DNA of 64,000 nucleotides from Selaginella moellendorffii (taxonomy: Eukaryota; Plantae; Lycopodiophyta): the NCBI RefSeq assembly GCF_000143415.4, contig NW_003314270.1, forward strand, positions 1,419,048 through 1,483,047, in the 5' to 3' direction. A program made the position numbers and the translations under genes. The notes under the pieces were generated by a model. The model had not been told where the DNA came from. It saw nothing but the letters and a program-made list of their open reading frames with translations, and searched no databases. Position 1 is the stretch's first letter. Each line of letters begins with the position of its first letter. This document shows positions 61,004-64,000 of this stretch, piece by piece.

Positions 61004-61747
61004 ATGGGTTCCGTGAATTGCCTTTTCTTGCTTTATCTAAATAGACCCTTTAGGTTTGACGAAAAGGATTATCAGCTGGACAAGAAGGCCAAAGCTCATA
61101 GCGTGGCAGCGATGGAGAGCGCCAAAGGTAACAGCGACGCGATCAAGAAGGTAAAGAACACGAAGAGGCAGCGAGAGGAGGAAGGACAAGCGGCCAGGGC
61201 CCCAAAGAGAAAGCGCCTTGGGATCCCAAAGAAAAATCAGGTAGCATGTAACATTGATGGGTTAGATATCACTTGGCATCAAGATTTCCATGACTTCTGG
61301 CCGCGACCAACGTCCAAGCTACTGACACCGGACTACCTCCACTGCGCTGGAGCTCAAGAGCTTTACAGGCTCCTCACCCAGGAGCTCTACTGCATCCAGG
61401 AGAGAAGAGATTGCAACGATCATGACAAGAGGAACGCCCAGCTCTTGGTGGTAATTGGCGGGACGAAATGCCACATGATGAGGCGACTTGAGGACCTGTG
61501 TAACTCTAAAAGATGCAGGGAAGAAAAGGTCTGGTATGGGGTTCAAATCAAAGAAGGTGGAAACTTTTGCACGCTATTCAAGTACAAGTTTGATGGGATG
61601 AGAGCGAGAATGATCCGGGAGATGTCCAAGGAAATCCATGCCCAAAACTGCGTGAAGAAGACAAACAACACAATCCAAGAGATCCTGTCCCATATCACGG
61701 GGAATGGTTACTTCTCTCCAATCCGTGTGGAAAGCGTCCACCATTGA
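61004..61747 (+). CDS. Hypothetical protein with basic NLS-like N-terminus and possible degenerate PD-(D/E)xK fold
   Basis: Open 247-aa ORF whose paralog at 58.4 kb is disrupted; PKRKR; TPDY..LVVIGGTK..VWYGVQ. Confidence 0.5.
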   Translation: MGSVNCLFLLYLNRPFRFDEKDYQLDKKAKAHSVAAMESAKGNSDAIKKVKNTKRQREEEGQAARAPKRKRLGIPKKNQVACNIDGLDITWHQDFHDFWPRPTSKLLTPDYLHCAGAQELYRLLTQELYCIQERRDCNDHDKRNAQLLVVIGGTKCHMMRRLEDLCNSKRCREEKVWYGVQIKEGGNFCTLFKYKFDGMRARMIREMSKEIHAQNCVKKTNNTIQEILSHITGNGYFSPIRVESVHH

Positions 61748-61838
61748 TCTAAAACAGTGTATTTAATGACTATCAAAATGGAGAACAAAAAATAGTGTGT
61801 TATTTCTCGTCTCTCTCTCTCTCGATCGATCGACATTG

Positions 61839-62708
<870 letters not shown>

Positions 62709-63283
62709 AAAGAAAGTATACTCAGAACTTAGAAAAGATAAACTTTCAAAGTTATATCTAGAGCACTCCAAGCTCTAGAGAAGAAACTTAGAAGTCCTAG
62801 AGAATAAAACTTAGAGCTTTAAGTCAATCATAGCACCATACAAAACATTTTGCTTTACAGCCCCCTGTGTGTGGGTGGTCCTTGCTACGCATTTCATGAT
62901 CGACCATTCAAAGCTTGTGGTGGTCTAGAGAAGATTTGTAAAATCTCTTTACAGCCTTTAAAAATCTCTCGCTCACAGAGATTTCCTCACAGTCCAGCGC
63001 CAACAAAGAGGCCAGAGAGCTCAGGAGTAGTAGAATAGCAGTAGAGCAAGAGCATCCCCAGCCCCAGCCCCAGCTCAAGGGCCAGGCAGCCAACAAAGCT
63101 CTGTGGCCTCTTTGGACACTGTGAAGGCCATGGTTTTAATTGCAAGTTTGTCCTTCTTGGAAGAAAGAAAAAAAAGGAGAAAAAAAAGAAGAAGAAGAAG
63201 AAGAAGCAAAGATCTCCCCAGCCAGCAGTAGTGGAGGAGTGATTTGAGTGAGTGTAGTGAATGGTGGTTGCTTTCTTCTCCAA

Positions 63284-64000
63284 TTTGACACGAGCCCAGA
63301 TCAAGATCTAGTGCTCTGGAGCGCAATGCTCGCCGCCCACAACAGCTGCAGCAGCAACGACGACCCCCGGAGCTCGTTACCTTTCCAAAAATTCGACGAT
63401 CCCACCCGGAGAGGCACACTGCTTCAACCCGTAGAAACTCTCCAAACGTAAGTAAGGACATCACAGAAAAACAGACCTTCGCAAGTATGTTGTTGATGAG
63501 ATTGTTATGGTGAATCTTCGAATCTAGGCACTGTTTACAACAAAGGGACGCAACATAAGTTAAAAAGTTAAGCTGGGAAAACGATTTGCGATTCTAGATT
63601 CTTATCGTTTCTTCTGTTTGACAGTTCATGGTGAAAAAGGGACGTGTTTTGACGCCCTCGGCGGATTACTGCTTACCAGGAATCACACGAGAAACCGTAA
63701 CAACTTTCCAACTGAGCTTCTCATCTCACTAACTCCTTGACTCTCCTTGTCCAGGTTATTGAGCTCGTGAAACAAGAAAAAATCGCAATGATCGAGAGAA
63801 GGATTTCATTGACAGAGTTTCACACAGCAGACGAGGTAGCTTTAGTAAACCCGTCATCATCTAGATTGACTTAAGAGTTGTGTTCTTCCAACGCTATAGG
63901 TGTGGACAACGGGAACAATGGGAGAGCTCACACTGGTATTTACTAGCTTTCCATATCCTTTCATGTGTGAATTTGCAAAACTCCTGATGATCTAGGTCAT
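63284..64000. pseudogene. Mosaic of captured fragments: inverted PPR piece, BCAT-like pieces in both orientations
   Basis: ~63284-63389 = revcomp of ~51419-51524; ~63417-63457 = 57457-57496; ~63454-63566 = revcomp of ~57512-57625; ~63566-64000 = 57739-58170. Confidence 0.9.

Overview
Gene-dense eukaryotic (land-plant) DNA with very short GT-AG introns (mostly ~45-100 nt), telobox-containing micro-promoters, intronless PLS-class PPR genes and a non-AOS CYP74. Together these suggest a lycophyte such as Selaginella (inference; no search run). Recognisable intact genes: DTD1, CREG-like, trihelix/Myb-SANT, a hevein-GH17 glucanase fusion, purple acid phosphatase, two tandem pectin acetylesterases, two PPRs, THOC7, an LRR-extensin, a 4-CRM splicing factor (CFM2-like), ADC synthase, THOC5, CYP74, a BRIZ/BRAP2-like gene and a sulfotransferase-like/BCAT-like gene. 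Between them lie several shredded local duplicates and mosaics of gene fragments (1-1.3 kb, 17.3-19.8 kb, 45.8-48.3 kb, 58.4-64 kb) and a ~6 kb AT-rich CpG-poor relic. Most notable: (i) an intronless 658-aa P-loop NTPase + restriction-endonuclease-fold protein resembling Crinkler-type (CR) NTPase-REase effectors/transposons, sitting beside gene-fragment mosaics; (ii) an in-frame hevein (chitin-binding)-GH17 beta-1,3-glucanase fusion; (iii) a frameshifted class-C-GPCR/7TM-RGS-like membrane protein with a coiled-coil tail; (iv) a second, orphan PD-(D/E)xK-like ORF inside a reciprocally decayed tandem duplication; (v) a microhomology-joined patchwork of neighbouring genes at the window end. Exon boundaries were read by eye and are approximate.
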